Below, piece after piece: positions 50,235-60,132 of a DNA stretch of 64,000 nucleotides. The position numbers were made by a program, and so were the translations under genes. Under the pieces are notes generated by a model. It was not told the DNA's origin, ran no database searches, and worked only from the letters and a program-made list of their open reading frames with translations. The DNA is from an uncultured Saprospirales bacterium (GTDB lineage: Bacteria; Bacteroidota; Bacteroidia; Chitinophagales; Saprospiraceae): NCBI GenBank assembly GCA_913061325.1, contig CAJXUU010000001.1, forward strand, positions 1,864 through 65,863. Direction: 5' to 3'. Each line of letters opens with the position of its first letter. The stretch's first letter is position 1.

Positions 50235-52688
50235 ATGAAATATTTTGCTTTAGTCTATACCTTTTTTTTAATCATGTTTATTGCATGTTCACCAACTAAA
50301 CAAGAGCAGGTTGCGCCGGACAAACATAAATACCCAGCAGAATACCTCTACAAACAAAGAGAACACCCTGTAGGAATAAAAAATGATATTTTTCAAAAAG
50401 GATATGACCATGTTCAGAAATTAAAAAATTCAACTTCTCAAACGCTTAGAGCAGATTGGGAACAGGAAGGGCCACTGAACGTACCAGGTAGAATCGTTGA
50501 TATAGAGGGTACGGGTGCTCCTAAGAATAAAATCTACGCATGCACAGCTTCAGGTGGGATATTTCTCACAGAAAATGAAGGAAACACTTGGACACCTATT
50601 TTTGATGATCAAATAACACTATCAATTGGGGATATGGATATAGCTCCAAGTAATAAAAATATTCTATATGTTGGAACCGGAGAATCAAATGCAGGAGGAG
50701 GGTCACTTGCATATGATGGATTTGGTGTCTTCAGGTCTGACGATGGTGGAAACACTTGGACCCCTCGAGGATTAGAAAATGTAGGAAGTATTGGCCGAGT
50801 TGCTATTCATCCCACTAATCCTGACATTGTTTATGTAGCTGCTATGGGTACATTATTCGCTCCAAATGATGAAAGGGGAATCTACAAAACTACTGACGGG
50901 GGACAATCTTGGGAACAAGTACTGTTCGTCTCCAATATTACAGGAGGTATTGATCTAGCTATCGATCCATCGAATCCAGACAATGTATATGCAGCTATGT
51001 GGGAGCGTACAAGATCTCCTGAAACTAGGGATTATGGAGGACCAACTAGTGGAATCTATAAATCTACCAATGCAGGTACACATTGGACAGAATTATCAAA
51101 TGGACTCCCTAGTGTAGACCTCGGAAGAATAGGTATAGCTATATCCGAAAGTGAACCCGAAATATTATATACTACTATTGCTGATCCTAATGGCCCACAT
51201 ATGGGAATCTATCAGACCGTAGATGGTGGAAATTTCTGGTTTGAAAATTCAAGTGACAATATAACTTCTGTTCCATTCATGTGGTGGTTTGGTAGAATAG
51301 CAATTCACCCCAAAAACCCTTCATTACTATACCATATTGGTTTCCTCACTAGTAAATCTACCAATGGAGGAAATTCTTGGGCTCCAGAATTTAATCAAAT
51401 GCACGTAGATCAACATACTGTGTGGATGAATCCTGATGATGAGGATGAAGTTTGGCTGGGTAATGATGGAGGTGTTTATCTAACCATAAATGGGGGACTT
51501 TCTTTTACTTCATTTAATCTTCCAACTACACAATTTTATGCTTGCGAGATAGATCACCTTGCTCCCTCTAATCTTTATGGAGGAGCCCAGGATAATGGTA
51601 CAAGCAGGACCTTGACTGGTCAAAACGATGATTACACACGTATCTTTGGTGGTGATGGATTTAGGGTAATCGTAGACCCAACAGATAATAATATCATATT
51701 CGCAGAATCACAACGAGGAAATCTTGGAAAATCAACTGATGGTGGAAATTCTTTTGTTTCTGCCAAAGTAGGGATCGGGAACGAACCATCTAACTGGAAT
51801 ACCCCAATAGCAATGCATCCTACAGATCCTAATATTATGTATTTTGGTTCTTCAAGATTGTATAGATCAACTGACAAAGCAAACTTCTGGTCAGCTATAT
51901 CCAATGATTTGAGCGATGGACCATATTTCGGAATTAATAATTATGGTACCACTACAGAGATTTGTGTGTCCGAAAATGATAAAGTATTGGCTGGTACCGA
52001 TGATGGAAACATCTGGTTGGTAGATGAAGCGGGAACCTTATCTCAAGTTTATAATTCTGAACCACGCAGATGGATTACCAATGTTAGTTTTGACCCAGAA
52101 AATGATAATATTATGTATGCTACCTTTTCAGGATTTAGGTATGCTTCCGACGATTCTCAGGTAATAATGTCAACAAATAATGGAATTTCTTGGGCAAACA
52201 TTAATGGTGATCTACCTGACATCCCAGTCAATGATCTTATTGTAAGACCAGATGCCGCTGAAATATTAATAGCAACTGACTTAGGCGTATTTTCTACAAT
52301 AAACGAAGGAGCCAATTGGCTACCCGTTGGAAATGGATTACCTAATGTTGTAGTAACAGATATTGATTTTCATGTTCCTACTCGTAAACTTGTAGCTGCG
52401 ACATATGGTAGATCATTCTTCTCTACTTTACTAAAAGAAGATCCATTGTCTACAAAAGAAGTAAGCATTGAAATAAATGTATACCCTAATCCAACATCAG
52501 AATATATCTCTATTGATACCGATGATTTAGGATTAAACTATACAATCATTGATATGAATGGAAGAATAGCAATAAAAGGAATCTACAGTAACAGAATAGA
52601 TATTTCACAGCTTGAAAAAGGTATTTATGCTATTCAATTGATTAACAAAGAAGGACAAAAGTACAAATCGCAGTTTTCAGTGATATAA
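50235..52688 (+). CDS. BNR/Asp-box (sortilin/VPS10-like) repeat protein with T9SS C-terminal domain
   Basis: Lipoprotein-type signal and at least 8 Asp-box repeats (SDDGGNTW, TTDGGQSW, STNGGNSW, STDGGNSF ...). C-terminal YPNPTSEYISI...GIYAIQL...SQFSVI is a T9SS CTD. Confidence 0.7.
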   Translation: MKYFALVYTFFLIMFIACSPTKQEQVAPDKHKYPAEYLYKQREHPVGIKNDIFQKGYDHVQKLKNSTSQTLRADWEQEGPLNVPGRIVDIEGTGAPKNKIYACTASGGIFLTENEGNTWTPIFDDQITLSIGDMDIAPSNKNILYVGTGESNAGGGSLAYDGFGVFRSDDGGNTWTPRGLENVGSIGRVAIHPTNPDIVYVAAMGTLFAPNDERGIYKTTDGGQSWEQVLFVSNITGGIDLAIDPSNPDNVYAAMWERTRSPETRDYGGPTSGIYKSTNAGTHWTELSNGLPSVDLGRIGIAISESEPEILYTTIADPNGPHMGIYQTVDGGNFWFENSSDNITSVPFMWWFGRIAIHPKNPSLLYHIGFLTSKSTNGGNSWAPEFNQMHVDQHTVWMNPDDEDEVWLGNDGGVYLTINGGLSFTSFNLPTTQFYACEIDHLAPSNLYGGAQDNGTSRTLTGQNDDYTRIFGGDGFRVIVDPTDNNIIFAESQRGNLGKSTDGGNSFVSAKVGIGNEPSNWNTPIAMHPTDPNIMYFGSSRLYRSTDKANFWSAISNDLSDGPYFGINNYGTTTEICVSENDKVLAGTDDGNIWLVDEAGTLSQVYNSEPRRWITNVSFDPENDNIMYATFSGFRYASDDSQVIMSTNNGISWANINGDLPDIPVNDLIVRPDAAEILIATDLGVFSTINEGANWLPVGNGLPNVVVTDIDFHVPTRKLVAATYGRSFFSTLLKEDPLSTKEVSIEINVYPNPTSEYISIDTDDLGLNYTIIDMNGRIAIKGIYSNRIDISQLEKGIYAIQLINKEGQKYKSQFSVI

Positions 52689-52731
52689 CTGATTGCTGGA
52701 TTAGGCAAGACCTAGAATAAAGCATAACCAA

Positions 52732-53496
52732 ATGGACAAAACACAACAAGGGCATATATTATCATCTACAAAAGATGGAGTAGGCACTATCGAATTTTAT
52801 CATCCATCACACAACTCTCTTCCTGGAAAGTTATTGGCAGAATTAGAGCGCGCAATCTATGATATGGGTGATAATGATGAAGCAACTATCATTTTATTGA
52901 AAGCTTCTGGTGAAAGAACTTTTTGCGCAGGAGCTAGTTTCGATGAGTTGGCTTCGATAGAGGATGAGCAAGTAGGAAAGGTCTTCTTTATGGGTTTTGC
53001 CAATGTCATCAATGCCATCCGAAAAGTGCCGAAGTTAGTCATCGGTCGTATCCATGGTAAAGCAGTAGGTGGTGGAGTTGGTCTAGCATCCGCATGTGAT
53101 TACTGCATGGCTACTAAATATTCTTCTATCAAACTCAGTGAATTGGCCGTTGGTATCGGACCATTTGTGATAGGCCCTGCTGTAGAGCGCAAAACAGGGG
53201 TATCCGCATATAGCGAAATGGCAATCAATGCCACAGAATTCCGGACTGCAGAGTGGGCAAAACAAAAAGGTCTATACATGGACGTATTTGACACCACAGA
53301 ACAAATGGATGAGTATATAACTCATTTCTCTAAAAAGCTCATAAAGATGAACCCTGAGGCCTTGACATTGCTTAAATCGATATTCTGGGAAGGGACAGAG
53401 CATTGGGATGGCTTATTAGAAGAGAGAGCTGTAATGAGTGGAAGATTGGTGCTTTCTGATTTTAGTAAGAAGGCGATTGGGAAGTTTTTGGATTAA
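52732..53496 (+). CDS. Enoyl-CoA hydratase/isomerase (crotonase) family protein
   Basis: FCAGASFDEL and GKAVGGGVGLASACDY oxyanion-hole motifs. Confidence 0.8.
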   Translation: MDKTQQGHILSSTKDGVGTIEFYHPSHNSLPGKLLAELERAIYDMGDNDEATIILLKASGERTFCAGASFDELASIEDEQVGKVFFMGFANVINAIRKVPKLVIGRIHGKAVGGGVGLASACDYCMATKYSSIKLSELAVGIGPFVIGPAVERKTGVSAYSEMAINATEFRTAEWAKQKGLYMDVFDTTEQMDEYITHFSKKLIKMNPEALTLLKSIFWEGTEHWDGLLEERAVMSGRLVLSDFSKKAIGKFLD

Positions 53497-53657
53497 CCGG
53501 ATTCGAACATTTTGTGTGCCTCTTAATAGATAAAGATTAAATCTGTGACAGCAAATAAGTATCAGAAACAATAAATGGTCAGCACCAAAAGGCACCAACC
53601 ATCATAGTCATAAGGTTATATTACATTACTTGAAAAAGTAATTTGCAATCAGGAAGA

Positions 53658-56117
53658 TCACTTTATCACAGATATCTTCTTAATAATTCTGCGACCCCTG
53701 ATTTCTGTGTTTACTAAATAGATCCCTGTAGGCATATCTGCTGCATCAAAACATAATCGATTATTACCCTCATTTAAATTGATACTTAGTCGGTTTATTA
53801 GCTGCCCCGTTAGGTTTCGAACTTCTATGAAAGTCTTTACTGTTACACTGCTTTCGATAGATATATTTATCTGATCAATGGCAGGGTTAGGGTATAGTTC
53901 CATTGTAGATTCTACCAATTCATCTGGAAGACCATCTACCATTTCCGTTTTAGCATCTCTGGTGACAGCTGATAATGCTTCATTATTATTTGCAAATCCG
54001 CTACAAGAACCACCTTCATATATTTTGATATTTCGGAAGTAGCTATTTCCATTCCCAGGACTACCATCATGATCATCCACAAAAAACAATCTATCGAATG
54101 ATCCAGTATAGTATGTACCTACAGGAACGATAAATGATTGCCAATTTCCTATAGAGGTATAATCGAAATCTCTATTGCCCCAGTTTTGAGTTCCATAAAA
54201 TTGGAATGTAAATCCAGATGAAATGCCCGCATTATTATCAAAGCCTAAACCGTGTATTTCACCTTGTGCTGTAGAACCAAATTCGAATTCTATCACTGTA
54301 CTTGACGTCACAGTATAGTCGAGTGCAATTGATTTCCATGCATTGTTGAATAGGGCTCTTCCATCACCACTGCCAACATCAGACGACGTACCATTGTCCT
54401 GGCCGTTTCCGTATGCTACTACGGTATAATCATTAAAATTGATTTCTAAACAATCTGATCCACCTCCACCAGTCGGTTCGCAGAATTCAGTGCTCTCCGA
54501 AGAGGTAAAATTACCTCCTGTCTTGATTGTGCTCCCATCAGACGCAAGAAGTGTATAAGATCCAGATCCATAAGAACAGCAAATACCATCACCGTAACTA
54601 TCATTGATTGTAAACGTGTAACATCCATCAGGTAGACATATATCTTCAGTATATGACGTGTTAGCTGTGCCATATGGACCACCAGAGGCTACCGTTGTGC
54701 TTCCACTTTTAACTGTCCATGTAGTCTCCCCTGGATAGTTGTCTGTTGTGATATTTAGAGTAAGTTCGTTGTCAGTGCAAACTCCTCCTCCACCGCATGG
54801 CTGTAAGCAGCTTCCATTGGTAACAGCACTTCTAATCGCATTTCCTGGTTGTGTACCGAACCCATTAGAGAAGTTGACCCCTACACCATTTACAGCATAA
54901 CAATAAGACATTATCGTTCCGCCATTGTTTGGGAGAATCGGGTTGTTAGAATTGTAACAAGCCGCTCCTTCTGTATTTCCTAATACACTTGCACAATCAT
55001 CTATCTGCGTATTGTTCCCATTCCAGTAACAACCATGAGTATGATATGATCCAAATAAATGACCGTATTCATGACAAGCAATTTCCATATCAAACGAATA
55101 TGTAGGTACATTCTGAATCTGATTAAGCACTCCACTTACACACATACGATTATTCTCAGATGCACATACGCCATTGATCGTTGCAGCCAATCCACCAAAG
55201 TTGATGTTTGTTAATAATTGAGCAAAATCACCATTGAAGTTATTCCTATTGTTTTGGAAAGAGTTGAGTTTTGCACCTGTAGAGCTTCCTGTATATGGAC
55301 TTGTGCTACTCCAGAAGTGCGTTTGTGAGAGTACCGTATTGATATTTTCACCTCCATAGATCGTCGATATACCATTGAATAAAGTATTCATATAATTATT
55401 TGCAGCAGTCGCAGTACTTCCCAGTGTTTGATACATATTATAATCAACCTCTAGTAATAATCGCACGCAATCAGACAATGCTCTACTATCTGAGTGATCT
55501 TTCAAATCTTCGTCTTTATAACCCGGCCCTACATCTTTTGTATCACAGACTCTTCCTGTTTCGAAAGTCATATCTGTATCTAAATAAATCATATGAGCTG
55601 CTTCAGAATCTGATGTTTTCTTTCTCTTTCCTAATACAAAGTTGCCCTCATATTTAGGGTGTGAGATAAACCCTGCGATTTCATTTTCGTAGATGCTAAT
55701 TGCAACCAGAGATTTAGTGTTTCCTGTAATGATGCCTCTGTAATGGCTTCCACGATCAATATTTACTACTCTTCCAGATGGTTCTTCTATCATCGTATAG
55801 TCATCAGTAAAGAAATCATACTTCACTAGCTGCAGCTCTATCGATTCATTATTATCAATAGGTAGATCAATAGATATAGCATCTGGAGAGACAGCAAATA
55901 ATTCCGCTAACTCTTTTTTATCAAGTTCAAGAACACTGTATTTCGATAGTTTTGTAATCTCTGGGATATTTCCCCTTTTTGAGTCAATACTTAATAATTT
56001 AAACTTTTCGAACTGTCCGTTTTGGGCTTTCACTAAAACTTTTGGTTCTATTGATTGACCAAATAAGCTAGTGCCAATTAGGCATAAAATTAAAATTATG
56101 TAATTTATATTTTTCAT
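53658..56117 (-). CDS. Reprolysin-like (M12B) zinc metalloprotease, multi-domain, with T9SS C-terminal domain
   Basis: HEYGHLFGSYH (HExxHxxGxxH), signal peptide, GGGG-flanked Cys-rich module (TDNYPGETTW...DSYGDGICC), a beta-sandwich-like module, and a C-terminal LYPNPA...GIYLV...KISVIK CTD. Confidence 0.75.
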   Translation of the reverse strand: MKNINYIILILCLIGTSLFGQSIEPKVLVKAQNGQFEKFKLLSIDSKRGNIPEITKLSKYSVLELDKKELAELFAVSPDAISIDLPIDNNESIELQLVKYDFFTDDYTMIEEPSGRVVNIDRGSHYRGIITGNTKSLVAISIYENEIAGFISHPKYEGNFVLGKRKKTSDSEAAHMIYLDTDMTFETGRVCDTKDVGPGYKDEDLKDHSDSRALSDCVRLLLEVDYNMYQTLGSTATAANNYMNTLFNGISTIYGGENINTVLSQTHFWSSTSPYTGSSTGAKLNSFQNNRNNFNGDFAQLLTNINFGGLAATINGVCASENNRMCVSGVLNQIQNVPTYSFDMEIACHEYGHLFGSYHTHGCYWNGNNTQIDDCASVLGNTEGAACYNSNNPILPNNGGTIMSYCYAVNGVGVNFSNGFGTQPGNAIRSAVTNGSCLQPCGGGGVCTDNELTLNITTDNYPGETTWTVKSGSTTVASGGPYGTANTSYTEDICLPDGCYTFTINDSYGDGICCSYGSGSYTLLASDGSTIKTGGNFTSSESTEFCEPTGGGGSDCLEINFNDYTVVAYGNGQDNGTSSDVGSGDGRALFNNAWKSIALDYTVTSSTVIEFEFGSTAQGEIHGLGFDNNAGISSGFTFQFYGTQNWGNRDFDYTSIGNWQSFIVPVGTYYTGSFDRLFFVDDHDGSPGNGNSYFRNIKIYEGGSCSGFANNNEALSAVTRDAKTEMVDGLPDELVESTMELYPNPAIDQINISIESSVTVKTFIEVRNLTGQLINRLSINLNEGNNRLCFDAADMPTGIYLVNTEIRGRRIIKKISVIK

Positions 56118-56720
56118 AGTTGATAAAGGTTAGATGACAATCTACTCGTAGAATAAATATAGGGCGTGAGTCTGCAATGTTGAGTCTACCGCTCTCTATT
56201 CATTCTTGAATATGAGCTAATCAAACATACCGATGGCCTTACAAAACACTACCTAAGATGTGATTGTCGTGGTTAAATAATATGACTTTTAAGTCAACAC
56301 TATTAGGATTGTTATGGCGGAAGTGCAAGGGTGCGAGATCTGTTACATTACTTCAACTTCCAATCAGTAATATAAACTTGTAAAGAAGATCTGCAGAAAT
56401 ATCTTAACAATGGTAATATAATTTAGATTTTGTATAATCCTTTAAATAAAATTGTAATATTTTATAATTGTTCATTATTAACAATAAAACATTTTTTTAT
56501 AAACGATAAACAATATTTTATTTTGTTTCCTTCCACTTTTGATTGAAGTTCTACTATTAACCGTCCATTTAATTAATATTACATTTCAGAATTTATAGCG
56601 ATCCTTTTGTTCTATTTTGTAAATACCGACAACTTGATATTGTCAAAACTAATCTACATTGAAATAGGATAAATAATTACTACATCAATTCGTAAAAATG
56701 AAGCAAATAAATAGGAGTCA

Positions 56721-57800
56721 TTATCCAAACCAATCTAAAAACAAACTGGCCAAAATCTCTCTAGAATTACTCACCACAGCTTTCCGCTTCCAATAAATAT
56801 GTGGAAAGGTCTTTTCTTTACGAGTAAGAAGTGGAAGATGTTTCACCTCTACTACACTATTGTTTTCTTTAGAGAATGACAATGATTTTCTATTGCAAAT
56901 AACTTGAAAGTCTGCTTCTGTTGGGTCGGAAGAAAATCGATGGAGGTCTTCTTTATACTGAAATATTCTGCCCCGATCAACAGGATTGTCCATTTCAAAA
57001 TCAGGGAACGTTATCTTTTCTACCTCTTTCAACTGAAAATGAGATTCTCCTTGTGACCATGTTATAACAACTAAAGGCAAGCCTGATTGTACTCTCAATA
57101 TCTCCTGGGAAGTCCATCTTCTTATATCATCATGATATATTATTTTAGAGCCTCGTTTTGTTTTGGTGATTGATTTTTGCTTGCAAAGAAAGTAGTCATT
57201 ATTGCTATGTTTATGTACTCCAATTGCTTTTGCATTCTGATATTCTATAATAGCAATCGGTTGACCTTTTCTGTCACAGCAAAAGCAGTCTATATTGGTA
57301 GGCCATGGTGTTCCATATTTACGTAATGTTTTATCTATTTGTGGTAAGTCATTATATTCTCGAAACCTCTTTGTTGATTTCCAACCTTTGATCATTGCCA
57401 GATATTGACCGAACCCTTCATAAGAATTGAATGATTTTACAATCTCAACATCTTCTATATTTCTAAACTCTAGAATAAAAACGCTACCTGATTGGTCATT
57501 GTACAATACATATGACAGTGATAAACCAAATGCCGATGCAAAGTTTATCTTGCGTTGAAGTGCATTCTTCGTTTCAAGTTCGATTATCGATGATAATACA
57601 TCTTGCTTATTTTTCTCTCCATCAAAATCAATATCAACATGTGCTCTTTCGAAGAGGTGAGTTGTTTGGTTTTGTGTGTTTTGATTACACCCTTCTATTC
57701 CTTCAAAAAAGAATTTGGTGTCAGAGATCAAACAATGTTTCGCCCAATTGTCTGCATCACTTCTTTCCGATGTTTCTTTTCTGTAATTAGATAATTGCAT
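56721..57800 (-). CDS. Hypothetical protein, no recognisable family (candidate PD-(D/E)xK nuclease)
   Basis: A 359-aa ORF with no signal peptide or TM helix, 3 nt downstream of the hydrolase gene. It has two D...ExK/ExQ-like strings (VDIDFDG-x13-IIELETK and PTNIDCFCCD-x9-IIEYQNAK). These motifs carry little information. Confidence 0.6.
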   Translation of the reverse strand: MQLSNYRKETSERSDADNWAKHCLISDTKFFFEGIEGCNQNTQNQTTHLFERAHVDIDFDGEKNKQDVLSSIIELETKNALQRKINFASAFGLSLSYVLYNDQSGSVFILEFRNIEDVEIVKSFNSYEGFGQYLAMIKGWKSTKRFREYNDLPQIDKTLRKYGTPWPTNIDCFCCDRKGQPIAIIEYQNAKAIGVHKHSNNDYFLCKQKSITKTKRGSKIIYHDDIRRWTSQEILRVQSGLPLVVITWSQGESHFQLKEVEKITFPDFEMDNPVDRGRIFQYKEDLHRFSSDPTEADFQVICNRKSLSFSKENNSVVEVKHLPLLTRKEKTFPHIYWKRKAVVSNSREILASLFLDWFG

Positions 57801-57803
57801 GTA

Positions 57804-58742
57804 TCACTCTTCTCGTGAGATGAATTTGAGAATAAGTTCGTTTATCTCCTCAGGCTTCTCCTCTTGTATAAAATGAGTAGCATCAAGGAGATGAATATCT
57901 TTTTCCGCTATTTTGAGGTCATCTTTTACTTGCGCACTTTGCGGGGTCCATTGAAGCATTTTGTCATTCTTACCCCACACAACCATAGTTGGTACATCAA
58001 GGTTTTGTAATACTGTTGAGTATCCGGGCAGAGTATTACAAGTCTGTGTAAAAAAGTAATACATCGCCTTCGTCTTGTTTTCTAATAATGGTTTTTTATA
58101 CCCTTCGATATCTTTTTTGGTTAGGTTATCTTCATTGAGTCCCATGTCAAATAACTTATTCAGTAGGGTTTTGGTTGTGATTCCATTATTATATCCCCAC
58201 ATCGATACTTTGGCAAATATCCCAGGTTTCATTCTTATTGGAGGGTAAAATCCATCCTCATAGATTATAGAATTAAAAATAATTAGAGTATCTATTTTTT
58301 TCGGGCTTAACTTTAGCATTTCCCATGTCCATAGACCCCCTGCATCGTGCATCACATGTGACCAAGAATCTATTTTAAGATGATCCATCAGCGCAAGTAA
58401 CCTTGTTGCATGATTTTCTCCTGAATAAATTTCATATCCTTTTGGACTATCGCTATTGCCGAATCCTAGCATATCTGGCGCGATAACTCTGTGTCCACCA
58501 TCAACCAGTCCATCAATCATACGACGATACAACCATGATGACGTTGGTACACCATGGAGTAGTAGAATAACAGAACCATCGCCACGGTCGATATATTTGA
58601 CATCACCATCCGTAGAGTTGAATGTCTTTTGAGTTGCACGAAAATTACTATAATCCCACATTTTTTCAGTTGATAAATAATTACGCCGGCTGCAACTTGA
58701 GATCAAAAACATTGTAAATAAGAGAAAAAGGATTTGTTTCAT
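57804..58742 (-). CDS. Alpha/beta hydrolase (haloalkane dehalogenase/epoxide hydrolase-like), lipoprotein signal
   Basis: MKQILFLLFTMFLISSC lipobox, an oxyanion loop (LLLHGVPTSSWLYR), APDMLGFGNS, a nucleophile elbow with Asp (VMHDAGG), and a C-terminal H in ATHFIQEE. Confidence 0.8.
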   Translation of the reverse strand: MKQILFLLFTMFLISSCSRRNYLSTEKMWDYSNFRATQKTFNSTDGDVKYIDRGDGSVILLLHGVPTSSWLYRRMIDGLVDGGHRVIAPDMLGFGNSDSPKGYEIYSGENHATRLLALMDHLKIDSWSHVMHDAGGLWTWEMLKLSPKKIDTLIIFNSIIYEDGFYPPIRMKPGIFAKVSMWGYNNGITTKTLLNKLFDMGLNEDNLTKKDIEGYKKPLLENKTKAMYYFFTQTCNTLPGYSTVLQNLDVPTMVVWGKNDKMLQWTPQSAQVKDDLKIAEKDIHLLDATHFIQEEKPEEINELILKFISREE

Positions 58743-58761
58743 ATAACTTTTGCTGGCGTAC

Positions 58762-60114
58762 TTAAAGTGAATAAAATTGATCTGTCAATTTCTCTTTTCC
58801 TTTTTCAAATTCTGGCACAACGCCCTTTTGGTCTTCTTGCAATTTAGCAAAAATGATGACTTCGCCTGACATTACTTGTTGTATTCTTGGAATGATCACT
58901 TTCTCTGCAAAATCCATTTTTTCTATCAATATGAATTTTCGGTTACTCCCATCTTCATTATTAACATTTATTACAGCGTGGGCTGTTGATCCGCTTCCCC
59001 CAAAAAAATCTAGAATCAGATCATCGGGTTCCGAAGCGAACCTTATGATTTTTTGAAGAAGATTAAGAGACTTGGGATTGTGGAATTTTTTTTCGCCTAG
59101 CATCTTCGTCAAGGTCTTAGTTGATCGTCGATTATCTTCATAGTGATAACCTTTTAGAAGTTCTGTCGCCGTGTCTACTCTCTTTTTTATTTTTGGAATT
59201 CCGTTCTCGTCTGCAGGCCATAGTACATCACCTCTTTTGTCCGCTGCCCAGAATGTTTTAGCTGGCCATCTATATCCATTAAGTGGTTTTTTGCATGCTT
59301 TGCCAGTCACTGGGTGGAGAAGGTCCATGTCATAGCCCCCCAGTCGAGTGTTTGCTGAATTACCGGGATAGAAAACTCCGATCTTATCCACATAACTATA
59401 GTGTGACACACCAGAAAGGTCTATTTCTTTGCTCTTTTTCATGCCATTTATCCATGCTCTAAGCGCCTTTTGAATAGCTGAAGGATATTCATTTCCAACT
59501 TCTTTTTTTATCTCTTCGTATTTCTTAATTATATGGTTTGCCTTTTCAGATCTAACCTTCCACTTTCCAAGATTTGATCTATCTTTTGCGTAACAAAGTA
59601 CATATTCGTGTTGATTCGATATTTGAGTTGCATTATTATCAGAAGCTGTTTCCCATATGATTTCACCTACGAAATTTGATCTGCCAAAGATCTCATCACA
59701 CATAATTTTCAGATAAGCCATCTCATTGATGTCAATAGAAATAAATATCGTGCCCGCTTCGTGAAGCAGTTCCCTTGCTATTTCCAACCTGTTCTTCATA
59801 AATTGTAACCACTCATCATGTGGCATACTGTCTGTATATCCAAAAAAAGTCTTCCCCGTGTTATAAGGAGGGTCAATATATATGAGTTTTAACTTGCCTT
59901 TTAATACATGGTTCAAAGAATAAAGTAGCGGTAGGTTGTCGCCTTTGAATATATAATTCTGTTCCAAATTTAACTGATCAACTTTTGTAAATCTATCAGA
60001 TGAAATCTGTTGCCACTCTCCGATTTGTTTTTTATTTTCTATTTGTCCAGCAGCTATTCCTCCAATTTCTTGGATCAAGCTATCCTGTTTTCCATCAAAG
60101 GTAAGTTGGATCAT
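58762..60114 (-). CDS. Site-specific DNA methyltransferase, beta-class N6A/N4C (Mod/PF01555-like)
   Basis: Motif IV (LIYIDPPYNTG) precedes motif I (LILDFFGGSGSTAHA), with a roughly 250-aa variable target-recognition region between them. Confidence 0.85.
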   Translation of the reverse strand: MIQLTFDGKQDSLIQEIGGIAAGQIENKKQIGEWQQISSDRFTKVDQLNLEQNYIFKGDNLPLLYSLNHVLKGKLKLIYIDPPYNTGKTFFGYTDSMPHDEWLQFMKNRLEIARELLHEAGTIFISIDINEMAYLKIMCDEIFGRSNFVGEIIWETASDNNATQISNQHEYVLCYAKDRSNLGKWKVRSEKANHIIKKYEEIKKEVGNEYPSAIQKALRAWINGMKKSKEIDLSGVSHYSYVDKIGVFYPGNSANTRLGGYDMDLLHPVTGKACKKPLNGYRWPAKTFWAADKRGDVLWPADENGIPKIKKRVDTATELLKGYHYEDNRRSTKTLTKMLGEKKFHNPKSLNLLQKIIRFASEPDDLILDFFGGSGSTAHAVINVNNEDGSNRKFILIEKMDFAEKVIIPRIQQVMSGEVIIFAKLQEDQKGVVPEFEKGKEKLTDQFYSL

Positions 60115-60132
60115 GTCCTGTATTATAATTGA

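Noticed and set aside
53496-53520. A tRNA-like T-loop string (ccggattcgaac, with gttcgaatccgg on the minus strand).
   Set aside because: The flanking bases cannot form a T-stem, acceptor stem or anticodon arm. The string also overlaps the 3' end of the enoyl-CoA hydratase gene.
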